This document shows positions 60,375 to 64,000 of a stretch of 64,000 nt of DNA, piece after piece. The number at the start of each line of letters is the position of its first letter. Within the stretch, counting starts at the first letter, position 1. The notes below the pieces were generated by a model that saw only the letters and a list, made by a program, of their open reading frames with translations, was not told where the DNA came from and did no database searches. The DNA comes from Lingula anatina. Taxonomy: Eukaryota > Animalia > Brachiopoda. A program made the position numbers and the translations under genes. The stretch spans positions 27,408,848 to 27,472,847 of the forward strand of contig CM120643.1 of NCBI GenBank assembly GCA_051362555.1, read 5' to 3'.

Positions 60375-61932
60375 CCCTTACGAAAATATCCTATAGGATC
60401 CTATAGGATTCCTATAGGATCCTATAGGAAATCTTATAGGATCCTATAGGGCACCTTTCCTATAGGATTTCCTATAGGATCCTATAGGAAATTGTTGTAA
60501 GTTAAAATCTTGAGAAAAATACATATCTTATGAACAAATATCATTCTAAACAAAAGATATTTGATATAGGTCAATTTTATCAGTGGAATTGTCAATTATA
60601 TATCACTGTTAAAGCAAAAATGCTTTTTATTGTTTATAATGCACAATCTTATAGTCATCTATAGGATTCTATAGATATTCTTTAATTTCTATTTTAAAGA
60701 AATCTTGAAAAATTGATCATTTGTAAAGTAATCTTTTATGGAGAAATATTTTATCATTAGGAATCATTGAAGCTGAAATTATTTTTTAAAATTTATGTTC
60801 AGACCATTACAATAATTCCTATAGGATCCTATAGGAAATCTTATAGGATCCTATAGGAAATCCTATAGGAAATCTTATAGGATCCTATAGGAAATCTTAT
60901 AGGATCCTATAGGAAATCCTATAGGATCCTATAGGAAATCTTATAGGATCCTATAGGAAATCTTATAGGAACCTTTAGGAAATCCTATGCTTATTCATAT
61001 AGGAAATTTTTATAAGGCTGGGTTGAATGAAAAAAAAAAATGAATCTGGTCTCAATATCAGTATATAATTTTAATTTTTAATTTATGTTCAGACCATTAC
61101 AAAAATTCCTATAGGATCCTATAGGAAATCTTATAGGAATTTCTATAGGAACCTATAGGAAAAACCCTATGCTAATTCATATAAGGAATTTTTATAAGGG
61201 TGGGTTGAATGAAAAATAATGAATCTGGTTTAAATATCAGTATATGATTTTGATTTTTAATTTATGTTCAGAATATTACAAAAATTCCTATAGAATCCTA
61301 TAGGAAATCTTATAGGAATTTCTATAGGAACCTATAGGAAATCCTATGCTAATTCATACAGGAATTTTTATAAGGGCGGGTTGAATGAAAAATAATGAAT
61401 CTGGTTTAAATATCAGTATATGATTTTGATTTTTTATATATGTTCAGAACATTACAAAAATTCATATAGGATCCTATAGGAAATCTTATAGGAATTTCTA
61501 TAGGAACCTATAGGAAATCCTATGCTAATTCATACAGGGAATTTTTATAAGGGCGGCTTGAATTAAAATAATGAATCTAGTCTAAATATTAGTATATAAT
61601 TTTTATTTTTTACTTATGTTCATACCATTACAAAAATTCCTATAGGATCCTATAGGAAATCTTATAGGAATTTCTATAGGAACGTATAGGAAATCCTATG
61701 CTAATTCATATAGGAAATTTTTATAAGGCCAGGTTATATGATAAATAATGAAACTGGTCTAAATATCAGTATATAATTTTAAATATATTTTCAGACCATT
61801 ACAAAAATTCCTATAGGATCCTATACGAAATCTTATAGGAATTTCTATAGGAACCTATGCTAATTCATATAGTGATTTTTTATAAAGCCGGGTTGAATGA
61901 AAAATAATGAAACTGGTCTTAATATCAGTATA
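60375..61932. repeat. CCTATAGG-rich MITE-derived satellite with about 177-bp higher-order units
   Basis: Dense palindromic CCTATAGG 10-12-bp subrepeats. Higher-order units start near 60795, 61085, 61264, 61440, 61616 and 61787. Confidence 0.9.
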
Positions 61933-63527
61933 CTCAGTATAATGTATTTTTACTTTTTGTGTGATCATATTCACTTACTTCATATTTTTTCTATTATATT
62001 GAACGTCAACCCTATCTAATCGGATTTTACTTGACCTTGGCTGTTTTAAAAAGTGAAAATGCAATCCTGCCTAATATATAAAATATAATGTAAAAGTATA
62101 AGTGAACATTATGGGTATAGTAATGTCCCTCATAAAGGATGGGAAATGAGGACAAATTAAAATAATATAAAGATACATTATAAACCATGCTCAATCACTT
62201 GTAAGGTTTAACAGTCAACTGATGTTAGCTAGAGAATGCCCTACTCCACCAGCCATAACCACATATTCAACAACTGTGAATTTCTTTTGTTAGCCTGGCA
62301 CCTATTATTAGGTCACTACTCCTGTAGCTATTGTTACACTAGTAACAGTAACCACCAATTAGGTGTTATCAGATGTGTGGTATCCTGTCTAAGTCTTTGT
62401 TTCTATGAGACAAGCAGCAAATGAGTATACAGCTATCAAGACAGTTTAAATTCAGGAGCATAGTGGAAGGGTAAAGAGTGTAGAAAAATCGGATTGAGGA
62501 AGGTATGTATTACAGTAATGCATTGGATCATCTAATCAAATTGAAAATGAGATAATTAATTGATCTAATTTGTAGTGTACCTTGTAAACATTATATATAT
62601 ATATATATTACATTAAACAAGTTATATATTATAATGAAGAAAAAAGGATACATAATGCAATCAATGTTTAGTCTCTTTATTTCTTATAGGATAAAAACTG
62701 TGATCAATTGTTCATATTTCTTTAAATGCAGTTGAATTTAAAAAAAATGTCATTTCATTTAACTTTTGGTTTGTGATTTATTAAAAATTATCTATTTAAT
62801 GTTATCCACAACTGCCTCCAAGGGACCATCATGATATATAACTGAGGAAGACCCATGCTAATAAATAACATACAATTAACATGTTAGAGGGGCTGTCAGG
62901 GCAAATTTCATTACCTCACACGTTCTTCAGGATCGTTTATTTGCCAAGTTTTCTTTCCCTTTAATTTCTTTTCAACCCTTAATGTGAGGTAAACACCATA
63001 GTTTGTTTAAAAATATTTTTTGCATTGTGAAAATCTGACCATTTTGCTTACACAAAAGCTATAAATTTTAACTTGGGGATTGCTTTTTTGTGGTTTGGAC
63101 TGATGATTTAGGTCAAGCAAGGACAGGTGAGAATAGGGAATTACTGTTTACCCTCGGAAATGAGTTTTCTTATAGTTTTTGGGACTTTTTTGGCCCTGGC
63201 AGCTCTGTAATGGCCCAATTGCATATTTAACCAGAGTAGAGTTTTCTACAATGCAAATTTCTGCATTTTAAAATGCATTTCTGATTGTTCCTGTGGACTT
63301 GGTCCTATGAAATATGTTCATGTTCTTTATATATATATATATTTTTTTTTTACAAATTAATACCTTGTCTTTGAAAAAAATTCAGTAAACTAATAAAGGC
63401 TATGAATTGCTCAAAATAGAATTGGTGCAATGATTATTATTGATCTCATTAGAAAAATTTTCCTTCATCATTTTGCATTTTTGTAGATATGTACAATTAA
63501 TTGAAATTCACAATGTCTATCTTTCAG

Positions 63528-63687
63528 AATACATCTGCAAATGGTTCAACACAACTCAGGCAGAGGTTAAGAAGGCCATCACAGTAAAGTTGAACAATGT
63601 GCAAAAGACTTATCACAGTAAAGTTGAACAATGTGCAAAAGACTTATCACAGTAAAGTTGAACAATGTGCAAAAGACTTTTGTCTGA
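63528..63687 (+). pseudogene. Possible BEN-domain terminal exon disrupted by a 34-bp triplication
   Basis: Acceptor ctttcag, then YICKWFNTTQAEVKKAITVKLNNVQKT. 34-bp units start at 63578, 63612 and 63646; collapsing them gives ...KLNNVQKTFV*. The domain call is pattern recognition only. Confidence 0.35.
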
Positions 63688-64000
63688 AATTCTTCAATTA
63701 TTAAGTGACTAAAGCAGTATGCTGACAATGGACATGGTCTGGCCAAGGGAGGTTTTAGCCACTCATTCTGGCAGGAGTTCAAACTCACACAAGAAACAGA
63801 CAGTGACGCCACAGCTTGACAAGACATATTGGATACTTGTGATAACTTATAGAACTTATAATTAAAAAGCAGTAGCAACACCATTAAATTTGCAAAAATC
63901 TATAAAACAGTTCTCTAGTAAGCTGGTTGCATACCATACTGTGGAATATGTACATACATTTATACATATTGAATAAAGAATGTAAACATGATATTCTCTT

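Overview
AT-rich, intron-rich eukaryotic DNA, most likely from a marine invertebrate (echinoderm-like by repeat content; the taxon is an inference). Reading across splice sites gives two spliced genes that the ORF track shows only as fragments. One is a 4-exon NDUFB9 on the minus strand (749-6990). The other is a 40-exon FANCA on the plus strand (7310-34359, about 1427 aa). They sit head-to-head, with 319 bp between their start codons. Downstream is a minus-strand tandem cluster of carbohydrate sulfotransferases (Sulfotransfer_2, CHST8-14-like): three intact copies and one truncated pseudogene, with signs of gene conversion. Introns and intergenic DNA are full of non-autonomous elements: Helentron-like HINEs with internal tandem arrays, Harbinger-like and hAT-like MITEs, nested foldback elements, a Rex1/Babar LINE fragment, a tRNA-derived SINE head and a MITE-derived satellite. 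The most unusual small object is a Penelope-like insertion at 57874-58121, with a 13-bp target duplication, 79-bp inverted arms and a minimal type I hammerhead ribozyme motif. I found no prokaryotic system and no CRISPR array. All homology calls come from recalled sequence, not database searches.
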